Assembly (NCBI RefSeq): GCF_006345805.1
Contig: NW_021832950.1
Span: 1 to 29,394, forward strand
Origin: Octopus sinensis
Taxonomy: Eukaryota
Length of the DNA stretch: 29,394 bases
Direction: 5' to 3'
Numbering within the stretch: the stretch's first letter is position 1; each line of letters opens with the position of its first letter. Below are positions 10,962 through 22,869 of the stretch, in pieces. The notes under the pieces are model-generated. The model saw nothing but the letters and a program-made list of their open reading frames with translations. It did no database searches and was not told the DNA's origin. A program made the translations under genes and the position numbers.

Positions 10962-11004
10962 GTACGCTGAGGACAGGTCAATACCTAGAAACTGCAGTCC
11001 GTGC
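10962..11004 (+). ncRNA. Minimal type I hammerhead ribozyme 3' of the older PLE ORF
   Basis: GTACG-CTGAGGA-C-AGGT-caat-ACCT-A-GAAA-CTGCAG-TC|CGTGC. Canonical core, palindromic ACTGCAGT stem III, GUC triplet, 5-bp stem I. Lies ~100 nt after the PLE stop codon. Confidence 0.8.
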
Positions 11005-11485
11005 GTATCACTTAGGTTGACGAGGGAAGGATGACCTCCCTTTGCAAATACCATAACGGCAGAGAAAGTGTGCCTAAAGCCAGCTGGAGACGATGTTCTC
11101 CTGGGGCTACAAGCTACAGTTACACCCACTCTTAGTGGTTAGCCATATTGAAATGTCAAGTATACCTCACAATATTATTTGATATCACACTAAATACTTA
11201 TTAATCTACATAACATGTTATCTTTTATTTTAAATCGTATTATTTAAGAACGTTATTTCATATTTTTTAATAATGATAATTGATGGGAATGTATGTATAT
11301 ATGGCCATATAGGTATGATATGTCTATATATTGGATATATATATGTACAATCAGATGGGTTTGTCTATATGCTTATTTAAATATCTATATGTAAATGCGT
11401 GTATATATATCTCAATATGCCTATATATTAATTTAATTATCTATATACTTCTGTGTGTATACTTGTATATTAGTATTGGTTCACA

Positions 11486-11523
<38 letters not shown>

Positions 11524-11654
11524 AAATGTATATATATGTGTGTGTATGCATATCTGTCTTAATTTGTATGTATCTGTATATGTAACTGTGCATATGTAGA
11601 TGTATGCGTATGTATATTTATGTCTATATGCTTACTTTAATATCTGTTTGTAAG

Positions 11655-12315
11655 TGTATGTATGTGTGTATGTATGTATGTATGTATGTGTGTATGTATG
11701 TATGTATGTATGAATGTATGTATGTATGTATGTATGCACACATACATACATACATACATACATTCATACATACATACATTCATACATACATACACACATA
11801 CATACATACACACATACATACACACACACATACATACATACATACATACATACACACATACATACATACATACATACATACATTCATACATACACACATA
11901 CGTACATACATACATACACACTTACATACATACATGCATACATACATACATACATACATACATACATACACACATACATACATACATACATACATACATA
12001 CACACATACATACATACATACACCATACATTCATACATACATACACACATACGTACATACATACGTACATGCATACATACATACATACATACATACACAC
12101 ATACATACACACATACATACATACATACATACATACATACATACATACATACATACATACATACATACACACATACACACATACATACATACACACATAC
12201 ATACATACATACATACATACACACATACATATATACATACATACACATACATACATACACACACACACATACATACATACATACATACATACACACATAC
12301 ACACATACATACATA
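11655..12315. repeat. (TATG)n tract followed by an inverted (CATA)n tract
   Basis: Orientation switches at ~11737. Confidence 0.95.
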
Positions 12316-12330
12316 CAAAGAGGCAGACAG

Positions 12331-12497
12331 AAACATCATGTAGAAAATATCGGCCGTGTGTATATAATAGATCGTGATGGAACAATTGACAAACAACCTA
12401 ACATATCTAAGATCAACACATTAGACCGTAAAACCATGCTTGAAAAACACCGACGCAAACCGTTAAATAAACAAATGGCTACAATAACTCATTCCAA
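12331..12497 (+). CDS. Candidate exon (..RVYIIDRDGTIDKQPNISKINTLDRKTMLEKHRRKPLNKQMATITHS)
   Basis: Unique open frame ending at a consensus donor AA|gtgagt. The acceptor is ambiguous (12331 in phase 0 or 12371 in phase 1) and weak. Confidence 0.25.
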
Positions 12498-12587
12498 GTG
12501 AGTTCCGTAACGCAGCTTTGAAACACATGTCGTCCCGAGGACTGCCACAGCGCCATCTACTCCACACTTCTCAAGATTGCGCTTACA

Positions 12588-12632
<45 letters not shown>

Positions 12633-12930
12633 GCATCTATATATCGATATATATATATGTATATATTTGTATTTGTTTATGCATGTATATATGTTTGTCT
12701 ACATAAACACATATAAGCGTATATACATATATGCATTTATTATATAAATGTATGTGTGTATATGTGTATATATAAGTATATATGTGCACCGCGTGTGTAT
12801 GTGTGTATGCATATATATGTATGACACATGAACACACGGGCACACACTTACACACACACGCGTATGCAGTAACATTTGCTTTTATATATGTGTATATATT
12901 ATAAATGCATAAACATACATATATATATGT

Positions 12931-12965
<35 letters not shown>

Positions 12966-13035
12966 CATACATACATATATATATATACATATATATATAC
13001 ACATATATATATATGCATACATACATATAATATAT

Positions 13036-13110
<75 letters not shown>

Positions 13111-13127
13111 GATTGTTGTGTCTGAAA

Positions 13128-13162
<35 letters not shown>

Positions 13163-13589
13163 TGTCCAGGTATATAAATGAATCCATCTGAAAAAATAGC
13201 GCGCATATATCCATCCGTCATGTATACACACACATGTGCACACACACACGCACACACGCGCACATACACACTTGTCACTTGTTCAAATGACTGCCGCGTG
13301 TGTCAACAAAGCAACTAGCGCAGCAGGTTGTGAGGTACGCCATTTTTAAAACCGTTTCTTTCAATTTTTTTTCTTTTATTCCGAAAGCAAAAATTGCTTT
13401 GAGTAGTTGACTTAGGGTCCTCTCAGTAGATGGGTTCTATTAGTGTATTGTGTAGGGGTAGATGTCACTTAAAGGGTTCGGGATTTCATGAGAAATGGGA
13501 TCTTTTATTTTTTTCAGTTTGTATTTTTTATTGACATGAACGAAGTACAAAGAAAAGCAAGAATCTTATGTTGTGAAATATTTATCGTG

Positions 13590-13980
13590 AAGTGTGCGTG
13601 TGTGCGCGTGTGTGTGTGTTGGTGTGTGTGTGAGTGTGTGTGTGTGTGTAGTGTGTGTGTGTGTGTGTGTGTGAGTGTGTGTGTTGGTGTGTATGTGTGC
13701 GTGTGTGTGTGTATGTTGATGTGTGTGTGTGTACGTGTATGTGTGTGTGAGTGTGTGTGTGTGTTGGTGTGTGTGTGTGAGTGTTGGTGTGAGTGTGTGT
13801 GTGTGTTGGTGTGTGTGTGTGAGTGTTCGTGTGAGTGTGTGTGTGTGTGTTTGCGTGTGCGTGTGTGTGTGTATGTGTGTATCTTGGTGTGTGTGTGCGT
13901 GTGAGTGTGCGTGTGTGTGTATGCTGGTGTGTGTGTGTGTGTGTGTGTTTGCGTGTGTGTGTGTTTGTGCGTGCGTGTGT
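13590..13980. repeat. Long imperfect (GT)n tract
   Basis: Directly visible. Confidence 0.95.
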
Positions 13981-14076
13981 GGTTCTTTGTTCGTGTCCCG
14001 CCCCTCAATGACCTTGTAACAAATAAAAAAACATTACCATCATAGATACCATCATCATTACAATCGTTATTATTTA

Positions 14077-14265
14077 AGGTGGTGAGCTGGTGAAATCGTT
14101 AGAATGCCGGGCAATATGCTTAGCGGCATTTCATCCGTTTTTACGTTCTGAGTTCAAATTCCGACGTGGCCGACTTTACCAGTAAACACTGGGATTCATC
14201 TAATCAACTTAATCCCCTTCCCCCAAAATTAGAGGCCTTGTAGAAAAGATTATTATTATTGAGCT
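14077..14265 (+). mobile_element. Degenerate SINE family B copy
   Basis: GGTGGTGAGCTGGTGAAATCGTTAG...GTTCTGAGTTCAAATTCC...GGCCTTGTAGAAAAGATT(ATT)n. Confidence 0.75.
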
Positions 14266-14270
14266 GACAG

Positions 14271-15204
14271 AAATGTTAGCACGCCGGGCGAAATACTTAG
14301 CGGTATTTCATCTGTCTTTACGTTCTGAGTTCAAATTCTGCCTAGGTCGACTTTGCCTTTCATCTTTTCGGGGTCGATAAATTAAGTACCAGTTACGCAC
14401 TGGGGTCGATATAATCGACTTAATCCGTTTGTCTGTCCTTGCTTGTCCCCTCTGTGTTCAGCCCCTTGTGGGTAGTAAAGAAATAGGTATTTCGTCTGCT
14501 GTTACGTTCTGAGTTCAAATTCCACCGAGGTCGACTTTGCCGTTCATCCTTTCGGGGTCGATAAATTAAGTACCAGTTACGCACTGGAGTCGATATAAAC
14601 GACTTAATCCGTTTGTCTGTCCTTGCTTGTCCCCTCTGTGTTTAGCCCCTTGTGGGTAGTAAAGAAATAGGTATTTCGTCTGTCTTTACGTTCTGAGTTC
14701 AAATTCCACCGAGGTCGACTTTGCCGTTCATCCTTTCGGGGCCGATAAATTAAATATCAGTTACGCACTGGGGTCGATGCAATCGACTTAATCCGTTTGT
14801 CTGTCCTTGTTTGTCCCCTCTATGTTTAGCCCCTTGTGGGTAGTAAAGAAATAGGTATTTCGTCTGCTGCTACGTTCTGAGTTCAAATTCCACCGAGGTC
14901 GACTTTGCCGTTCATCCTTTCGGGGTCGATAAATTAAGTACCAGTTACGCACCGGGGTCGATGTAATCGACTTAATCCGTTTGTCTGTCCTTGTTTGTCC
15001 CCTCTATGTTTAGCCCCTTGTGGGTAGTAAAGAAATAGGTATTCCGTCTGTCTTTACGTTCTGAGTTCAAATTCCATCGAGGTCGACTTTGCCGTTCATC
15101 CTTTCGGGGTCGATAAATTAAGTACCAGTTGCATACTGAGGTCGATCTAATCGACTGGCCTCCTTTCCCAAAATTTCGGGCCTTGTGCCTAGAGTAGAAA
15201 AGAT

Positions 15205-15205
<1 letters not shown>
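14271..15205 (+). repeat. SINE family B tandem array: one head plus five body units, 184-bp period
   Basis: GGTATT unit starts at 14302, 14486, 14670, 14854 and 15038. The last unit ends in CCCAAAATTTCGGGCCTTGTGCCTAGAGTAGAAAAGATT followed by (ATT)n. Confidence 0.95.
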
Positions 15206-15329
<124 letters not shown>

Positions 15330-15330
<1 letters not shown>

Positions 15331-15925
15331 TGTTTGTCTCAGGTTCGGTCTTAATCCTGGTAGGAATTATGTGGGTAGCGGGTAGCCTTAGGAATCCACA
15401 AGTTTTCAGCAGTCTTTCAAGTGTTTCGAACCCTCCCAATAATCCTTTCTGTCTCTAAGAGACAAACCTTTAGCTCTACCGAGCATTCTATTCCAATCTC
15501 CTTCAGCCATTTCTCTGTATCTTGGTTTACCAATTATTATAGGAACGACCTTTACAGTTCGCACGTCCAAATTCTTCCTATTTCAAATTTTAAAGGATTG
15601 TATTTTTTTTTCTTCTTCCTCTTCCTTTACGATCCTGGAATCAAACGGACAGGATGGGTCGATAAATAAACAACTTCGCTTTTCCTTATCCATAAATGTT
15701 TTGTTTGGTCTACTGTTCCCTAATTTCTTGTCCGTTTGAATAGGAAAGTCCCACAAAATCTTACATTTCTCCGACTCTAGTACTCTTTCGACTCGATGAT
15801 TGTACCCTGTGTTTCCAGTCTCAAATTCCCATTTCTGGCACAGTTTCCATTGTAAGACTTTTACAACCTGTTCATGCCTGTATTTCTTATATTCTTCCTG
15901 TGCTAACCTGGAGCATTCTGTCACA
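15330..15925 (-). mobile_element. R4/Dong-like LINE 3' fragment (restriction-enzyme-like endonuclease region)
   Basis: CSRLAQEEYKKYRHEQVVKVLQWKLC...KILWDFPIQTDKKLGNSRPN..DKEKRSCLFIDPSCPFDSRI matches the RHD..KILWDF.IQTD..RPDI..IIDV.P.D signature. Ends in (AAT)n. Confidence 0.8.
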
Positions 15926-15927
15926 AT

Positions 15928-16366
15928 GTTAGTTAGTTAGTTAATTTTTTGGCTCAAAAAGCAAAGAGCAATGCCATGTAGGGGGACAGGGAGTTATGTA
16001 CAGGGTGGTGTTCATGCAAAGAGTTCAGGCCATTTCTGGTCAAGAGAGACTTTGAACTGAGCGGTCGTCGGCATCTTCACTATCTTGTCCGGCAGCTTAT
16101 CCACGGATTCGCAACCCGGACGGAGAAAGCCCCTCTCCTTCGATTGAGATGAAATCGTCGCAGATAGAGCTTTTCGGAGTGACTCCGCAGCCGAGTGAAG
16201 AACAGCTCTTTCGAGAGGTTACACTTTCCACTTATGATGTTGTGAGCAAGAATGAGATCACCACGGCATCATTGTTTTTCTAGAGAATAAAGGTCGAGCG
16301 TCTTCAGCCTTTCTTCATAAGACAAATGCTTTAGACCAAGAACCATGCGGGTAGCCAGCTTCTGTG
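15928..16366 (-). mobile_element. CR1/L2-group LINE 3' fragment with (CTAA)n tail
   Basis: QKLATRMVLGLKHLSYEERLKTLDLYSLEK..RGDLILAHNII..RRGAFSVRV. Confidence 0.8.
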
Positions 16367-16549
16367 TGCCACTGTCTCCTTCCAACTTCCACAGAATCTA
16401 CATTTTGCTCACACATTCTCTCCATATATATTTTTTCTCAACTTGTTTATTTTTATCGCTTCATCTTAGGCTCTCCGGTTTTTTTAATAGCCCTTTTTTT
16501 TAACCAAACCAAGGATTTTGTTCAGCACACGTCTTCAGTGGCTCTGTAT

Positions 16550-16563
16550 CATTATTATTATTA

Positions 16564-16633
<70 letters not shown>

Positions 16634-16635
16634 CA

Positions 16636-16698
<63 letters not shown>

Positions 16699-16820
16699 TA
16701 TTATTATCATTATTATATTATTATTATTATTATTATATTATTATTATTATCATTATTATTGTTATTATTATTATTATTGTTATTGTTATTATTATTATTA
16801 TTATTTATTATAATTATTAT
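16550..16820. repeat. (ATT)n microsatellite
   Basis: Directly visible. Confidence 0.95.
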
Positions 16821-16823
16821 TAC

Positions 16824-17003
16824 AAGGTGGTGAGCTGGCAGAATCGTTAGCGGTTCTGAGTTCAAATTCCGCCGTGTCGACTTTGCCTTTCATCTTTTCG
16901 GGGTCGATTAAATAAGTACCAGTTACGCACTGGGGTCGATATAATCGACTTAATCCCTTCCCCCAAATTTCAGGCCTTGTGTTTTCAGTAGAAAGGATTA
17001 TTA
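16824..17003 (+). mobile_element. SINE family B monomer with internal deletion
   Basis: GGTGGTGAGCTGGCAGAATCGTTAG..GTCGACTTTGCCTTTCATC..GGCCTTGTG..GTAGAAAGGATTATT. Confidence 0.85.
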
Positions 17004-17004
17004 T

Positions 17005-17338
17005 TTTATGTTTGACTTTTGCTTTGTATTTGTACAAGTTGGCTCCAAGTCTCACCCAGAGACCTCAAGGGACAACAAGCTGGAAGTTCATGTTGGTGTT
17101 ATGCCTAGGGTGTCATATATTTGGTTTTGTACATAGTGTTGTTCTAGAGAATGTTTAAGAAAGCATAAGAAAATTATGTTTGCTTTAAAACTTGAGATTA
17201 CATAGAAAGTATTTTGCGTAGGATACGAGCAGTTCCCATGAGCACTATCTTTTGAATCTCTGCCATTTTGGGATTTCCTGGTATCTGAGCTAGGTAAGAA
17301 TCAGCCCCTTTTGCTATCATTCCTATGAGAACAGGTAT
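17005..17338 (-). mobile_element. R4/Dong-like LINE extreme 3' end plus 3' UTR
   Basis: IPVLIGMIAKGADSYLAQIPGNPKMAEIQKIVLMGTARILRKILSM*, bounded by (AAT)n on both sides. Confidence 0.7.
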
Positions 17339-17351
17339 TATTATTATCATT

Positions 17352-17592
17352 ATTATTATTCTTCAGTAGTTTTATTTTTATAGCGTGCTTTCACTTCACT
17401 ACCGAGCGCAGCTCTGTGTGCCTTGGGTATGTGCTGTGATTTGTTGTGATGCTCTGATGGTTACTGTATGGAATGTGTTCTGCGTAGGATGTGTGCAGTG
17501 CCTAGTAGTGCAATTTTCTGTATGTTGTATGTGTTTGTAAGTCCTGGTGTTTTTGTTATGTATTTTTCTGAATATATTTTTATCATGCCTAA
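17352..17592 (-). mobile_element. R4/Dong-like LINE extreme 3' end, third subfamily
   Basis: LGMIK..YITKTPGLTNTYNIQKIALLGTAHILRR*, bounded by (AAT)n on both sides. Confidence 0.7.
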
Positions 17593-17596
17593 TTCA

Positions 17597-17610
17597 CTAT
17601 TATTATTATT

Positions 17611-17642
<32 letters not shown>

Positions 17643-17661
17643 TATTATTATTATTATTATT

Positions 17662-17711
<50 letters not shown>

Positions 17712-17719
17712 TATCATCG

Positions 17720-17762
<43 letters not shown>

Positions 17763-17779
17763 TATTATTATTATTATTA

Positions 17780-17813
<34 letters not shown>

Positions 17814-17835
17814 TTATCATCATCATCATCCTCAT
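17597..17835. repeat. Alternating (ATT)n and (ATC)n blocks
   Basis: Directly visible. Confidence 0.95.
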
Positions 17836-17930
17836 AATCATTCTTATTCTCAAATTCATTTCTTCGCTTTCTTTCCCTTTCTCTCCCTCTCTCTCTCCCC
17901 GTCTTCGTTCGCTCTCCGACTCACGTGCAG

Positions 17931-18074
17931 CACACATACCGACCCTCACCACAGAAGAAGTAGAACGAACGCTACGCGAAGGACCAATGCATTCAGATAA
18001 CAACCTGAGCCAGTCCGCCTGGTCCTATCCAGTTTTCACCAGCTCTGATTCCTCCTACACTATGGCAAGGCAAG
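17931..18074 (+). CDS. Candidate 144-nt phase 1-1 exon (HIPTLTTEEVERTLREGPMHSDNNLSQSAWSYPVFTSSDSSYTMARQ)
   Basis: Long polypyrimidine tract ending TGCAG|, donor CAAG|gtaaga, open frame, length divisible by 3, non-repetitive sequence. Confidence 0.55.
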
Positions 18075-18089
18075 GTAAGATATTCCCTC

Positions 18090-19490
18090 CATTTATTCAT
18101 CCGTCTTCTCCGCTCATTATTCCTTGCAAGGGCCATGGTTGTAGAGCCCACGGGCCCCTCCTCCTCCATAGGGTCCTATCGGAAGCAACCATCGTTACTG
18201 TATTCCCAAGCATGAACAACAGACACTTTGGATGTCATCCAACTACCTTCTTAGTGGAGGCGCGTGGCTTAGTGGTTAAGATGTTGGACTCATGGTCGTA
18301 AGATTGTGGTTTCGATTCTTGGACTAGGTGACGCGTTGTGTTCTTAAGCAAAACACTTCATTTCACGTTGCTCCACTCCACTCAGCTGACAAAAATTAGT
18401 AACCCTGCGAGGGACTAGCGTCCTATCCAGGAGAGGAATTTGTGTGACATGGGAACCGGGAAACCGGTCCTTCTGAGTCGGTTTGACTCGAAAAGGTAAT
18501 CTTTACCGTTTTTATCGCCTTCTTTGTCTACCCCGGGGTCTCTTGCTGGTTGGCTTGAAGAATCCGTTTTGCGATTCCTTTCTATGGCATTCTAATCACA
18601 GTCTAATCTGTAGCACGGCAGCTGTGGCCTCCCAATGCAAAGAAGCTCGGCCTGAAGAGACTCCCTGCGACTCCGGATATTATCCATCCGTCTCACTCTT
18701 GGCCTACCTCTAAGTCTTCTGCCAGTTTGCTCCTTTGAAGAATCTGTCTCGTGGTTGTTTCTTGTAGCATTCTAATCTCGTGTCTATAATACCATACCTG
18801 GGACTGCTCAGTGTGGAGAAATAACAGCTTGACTCGCCGGTGGTGGTGGTGGGGGGGACTCTCTGAGACTATGGAGATTAACCAACAATTTTGTTCTGGC
18901 TCAGCTTGAAGAATTGATCTTGCAATTCTTTCCTATGACATTGGATTCATATGTCGATAGCACAAGAGCTGTGATCTTTCTATGCAGAGAAGTAGGGGCT
19001 CAACTTGCAGAGACCCCCTGAAACTATAGATATGATCCAATCAGCATTTTTCTTGGTCTATCCCTGGGCCTCTTGCCAGTTGACTCAACTTGAAGAATTC
19101 ATTTTGTGATTCTTCCCTGCGACATTCTAATCATATGTCTGCCATACAAGAGCTGTGACCTCTCAATCCACAGAAGTAGGGGCTCAACTTGCAAAGACCC
19201 CCTGAAAATATAGATATGATCCAATCAGCATTTTTTTTTTGTGTACCCCGGTTGGCCAGGCTCGAAGAATCCATTTTGCAATTCTTTCCTGCCACATTCT
19301 AATCCCATGTCCCTTATACCAAAGTTGTTATCCCCCACTGCAGAGGAAGGGGTGGCTTCCCCTGGAGAGACTCCCTGATATCGGAACTGCGCACCCTGTC
19401 GAGTAACATCAGTCCAGAGACCCTATTTCGGCTACTTGTATTCTTGATCATATTCTTTCGGTCACTGCCCAAATTTCATGGCTATGGGCA
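18090..19490 (-). mobile_element. Decayed RTE-type LINE 3' region with a ~175-bp segment repeated five times
   Basis: Minus strand: HSHEIWAVTER..IQVAE..LDRVRSSDIRESLQ, then repeated SLQVEPLLLCIERSQL..GH.IRM.QERIAK.ILQA.PTGKRPR.RPR, ending LDDIQSV...ASDRTLWR. Confidence 0.75.
18252..18518 (+). mobile_element. tRNA-derived SINE family C inserted into the RTE remnant
   Basis: GGAGGCGCGTGGCTTAGTGGTTAAG (A box) and GGTTTCGATTC (B box). Possible CCTTCTT TSD at ~18245 and ~18519. Confidence 0.8.
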
Positions 19491-19612
19491 TGTTGTTCGA
19501 CACACCGTTTTACAGTAAACAAATAAATGCATACATACATGCACACACACACACAGAAAAAAAGAGGGAGAGAGACGTTTATATATAAATACGTATATAC
19601 ATATGTATGTAG

Positions 19613-19687
<75 letters not shown>

Positions 19688-20087
19688 TATATAGGGTTAT
19701 TTTGGTAAGCAGTTTCGATTTTTACAATTCTGTAAACAATAATGATAATATTTTATAATCTTAAAGCTTATAAGCGACCACCGTGTAATGACTACAGAAA
19801 ATAGTTTAATGTTGGGACATATAAGCCCTCGACGAAAAAAGTAGGGTTTTCTGTACGCATGGGACTCGAACCCACAGCGCTTCATTAAAGTTCCTGTCTT
19901 TAAAGGTACCGCGAAAGGCTTGGCTGGAGCACCAACCTTCAAAGTTCTGTTATAGAATTTAGAAAAAGTGAAGGATCGCTGCAATAAGTGTGTGAATCAG
20001 AGAGGGGAATATGTTGAGTAAAATCATAATTAAGTCATACTTCTGTATTTTCTTTTAGCTAAAGCCAGGGAACATTTCAGCAACCCG

Positions 20088-20177
<90 letters not shown>

Positions 20178-20183
<6 letters not shown>

Positions 20184-20527
20184 TTCGGAATGGTCATTTT
20201 GTCAGTTTAGCCAATAAAAACACACGCACTATATATTTGGTGTTACTTTGCTTCAGTGTTATTTATTTTTTACATTAATCTTAATCTTATTTCGGCCAGA
20301 GTTCTTCCGTCACAAAATGGCCGACGGTTAGTAAGGAGAGACACAAATAAGAAAAAAGAAAACAAAGGACCACTGATGCGGTCACAGGAGTATGACGAAA
20401 GAACTCTGGCCGAAATAAGTTTAAGATTAATGTAAAAAATAAATAACACTGAAGCAAAGTAACACCAAATATATAGTGCTTGTGTTTTTATTGGCTAAAC
20501 TGGCAATATGACCATTCCGAAATATAA
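20178..20527. repeat. Inverted repeat with ~135-bp arms (20178-20312 and 20393-20527)
   Basis: TTATATTTCGGAATGGTCAT...GGCCAGAGTTCTTCCGTCA versus its reverse complement with few mismatches. Flanked by (ATT)/(TA) tracts. Confidence 0.95.
20370..20409 (+). ncRNA. Degenerate minimal hammerhead-like motif (A9 replaced by C)
   Basis: CCA-CTGATGC-G-GTCA-caggagta-TGAC-GAAA-GAAC-TC|TGG. Confidence 0.5.
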
Positions 20528-20586
20528 CAATATCTGTTTCAACACACGACTTCACATAAAAAATCTTGCACAACAAATAATTAAAC

Positions 20587-20662
<76 letters not shown>

Positions 20663-20719
20663 TATATATATACATGTACACACGGACATACAACAAACGG
20701 AGCAAGCAATGGACTAGGT

Positions 20720-20828
20720 AAAACGGAGTGTTTTGCTCAAGATTACAATTCATCGCCGGTCCCGGAATCGAAACCAGAATCTTACGCTCATGATTGGAGC
20801 ACGTTAACCACTAAACCACCCACTTCCA
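20720..20828 (-). mobile_element. SINE family C 5' fragment
   Basis: Minus strand GGTGGTTTAGTGGTTAACGTGCTCC..GGTTTCGATTCCGGGACCGGCGATG matches the head of 18252-18518. Confidence 0.7.
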
Positions 20829-21120
20829 CATACGTATGTGTATGCGTCCATATGTGTGCGTGTGCGCGCCCCCATGTGTGCCACAGATTATTTTCCTCAT
20901 TGAAACTTAACTGACCAATCTTCCTCGTATATTTCTTTTTCTAAAGCCTTAGGGGTCAGATCAGCAACATGGCTGACCCAAATAATATATTTTCGTAATA
21001 CTTGGAATCTGTTAGGCTGGGCCCCTTTTGTCTAAGTTAGCAAAAAAGGTTTGAGTGCAGTAGGAAGTCCTAATATATCCGGTTTCAATATCACCTCAAC
21101 TTTATTTACTTTTTCTAAAG

Positions 21121-21176
21121 ACAACGGTCCCTCATCCAATGCTGGCTTTGAACAACATTTACCAGTCTTCGACTAA
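21121..21176 (+). CDS. Candidate terminal coding exon (DNGPSSNAGFEQHLPVFD*)
   Basis: Acceptor tttatttactttttctaaag|. Phase 1 joins the 17931-18074 exon (CAA G|AC = Q D). Followed by ~700 nt of unique AT-rich sequence with AATAAA at ~21366. Confidence 0.4.
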
Positions 21177-21909
21177 ATCCTCACGGTTCTCCGTTCTATC
21201 CTCTTCGCAGTGGGTTTCATCCCAAGAGCATCGGCTGCTATTGATTTTCTGCATTTATGTCTTAGTGGAGACGGTTAAATACGAACTGGTTAACGCACAG
21301 AAATATGGCGCCATTGCATTACGTGAAATTTGCTCATTTGAAACCCGCGTAAGCAAAATATGGATAATAAATTCCGCTTTTAAAATGCATACTGCCACAT
21401 TCCCGTTCGTGCAATATATCATGCTCTGAAATCTTCAGAATCGAACTTTTGGTCTTCTAACAGAACAAGATTACAAATGCAATTGTTTGGACGACATGTT
21501 TGTCAACGATTACAATTCGTCTCTTTTTGTTGGCGAAGTTGTTTCCCTACACGACGCTTAAAACAAGTATTCACCTGGATTTTTCTATCCCTACTCCTTT
21601 GCATTCTACACACAAACACACACATACATACATATATGTTTAAGTCACAATGTATAGATTCAAATAGTTCGGTGGTCCTCATAAAAAAAAAACTCCTTAC
21701 TGTTTCATTCTGCAAAATATAGAATGTACAGTTCGATACAAAAGCAAAACATAAGGATGCATAAAGTTATGAATAACGAGAGAAACATAAAATTTATCAC
21801 AACAATTGTTTCGTGACTTAAAACATGCAAACATAATTTATTTTATTATATTTTATATGCGGATTTTTTTCTCTCAGCCGATGACCTAACTTAATATCTG
21901 TATTGATTT

Positions 21910-22074
21910 TCGTCTGTCTTTACGTTCTGAGTTCATATTACGCCGAGGTCGGCTTCGCCTTTCATCCTTTCGGGTACGATAAATTAAGTACCAGTTGTGT
22001 ACTGGGTCGATCTAATCGACTGACCCCCTCCCCAAAATTTTCGGGCCTTGTGCCTAGGATATAAAAGAGTATCG
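21910..22074 (+). mobile_element. 5'-truncated SINE family B with 10-bp TSD
   Basis: SINE B body. GTATTGATTT is duplicated at 21900-21909 and 22075-22084. Confidence 0.8.
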
Positions 22075-22261
22075 GTATTGATTTAAAGATTGTTTATATT
22101 AATGGAGACATGTAAATAATTTATTTATTATAAAACTTAATAAAATAAATTATGGTTGCATGTCTTAAGTTGCAAAACATTTGTTGTGATTTAAGAATTT
22201 CCAATCGTTAGATAAATTTTTTTCATATGTTTCTCTCGTTATTTATAACTTTATATACATA

Positions 22262-22632
22262 CATTATGGCTGGCCCCTCGTTATCGAGTATGGCCATTGC
22301 ACGCAGCTTAACTGTTACTGGTGCTGTGATCGAATGTGACTTTGTAGCCCAGCTAAAGATCTACAATGTCTTGTACAGAATTGGCAACTAAAACCTTTTC
22401 TGGTAATAGTCGGCTGTAGTTGTAACTGGGCTTCATGTACCTTTGCATGTCGTTTAAGTCCTCCTGCCGAATTACACTCTCTTCCACATGCCCGACAGAT
22501 ATGATTAGTAAGGTGTGTTACACCACCACCAGTGGCCAGGTTGTCACTCATCTGTCTCGTTTTATGACTACGAAGATGACTCATGAGTCCAGCTTTACTG
22601 AGGCAGGGTCTTGCACAGACATTGCATGTCAC
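22262..22632 (-). mobile_element. RTE/BovB-like LINE 3' end encoding three C2H2 fingers
   Basis: CNVCARPCLSKAGLMSHLRSH, CRACGRECNSAGGLKRHAKVH and CQFCTRHCRSLAGLQSHIRSQH*, followed by a short 3' UTR. The S..GL.SH finger type is characteristic of RTE/BovB C-termini. Confidence 0.7.
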
Positions 22633-22682
22633 ATACATACATACATACATACACACATACATACATACATACATACATACAT

Positions 22683-22815
22683 GATGGCCGTCCACTCGTA
22701 ACCGAGGAAGACCATTGCTGACCTTCAGGAACAATGTGCGCTCTAGGACTAACTTATATTCTCCAAAGCCAGTGCCCCAGCTTGGCCGGTGTCCAATGAC
22801 TGAAACCAGCAAAAG
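22683..22815 (-). mobile_element. SINE-like 3' fragment with (ATGT)n tail
   Basis: Minus strand GGTTTCAGTCATTGGACACCGGCCAAGCTGGGGCAC resembles the reverse orientation of the SINE A tail region. The tail is (ATAC)n on the plus strand. Confidence 0.45.
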
Positions 22816-22869
22816 GTACGATAGACAAATATACACACACACATAGATACCTACACAAACACACATATA

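Noticed and set aside
13280-13335. Short ATG..GAG|gtacgc segment as the missing exon
   Set aside because: No acceptor gives the required phase 2-to-1 open frame.
17468-18301. 277-aa ORF as a single gene
   Set aside because: It is a mosaic of antisense LINE, microsatellite, the candidate exon, antisense RTE and a SINE.
19845-19925. tRNA-like T-arm on the minus strand (GTGGGTTCGAGTCCCAT)
   Set aside because: No acceptor stem, D-arm or anticodon arm could be folded.
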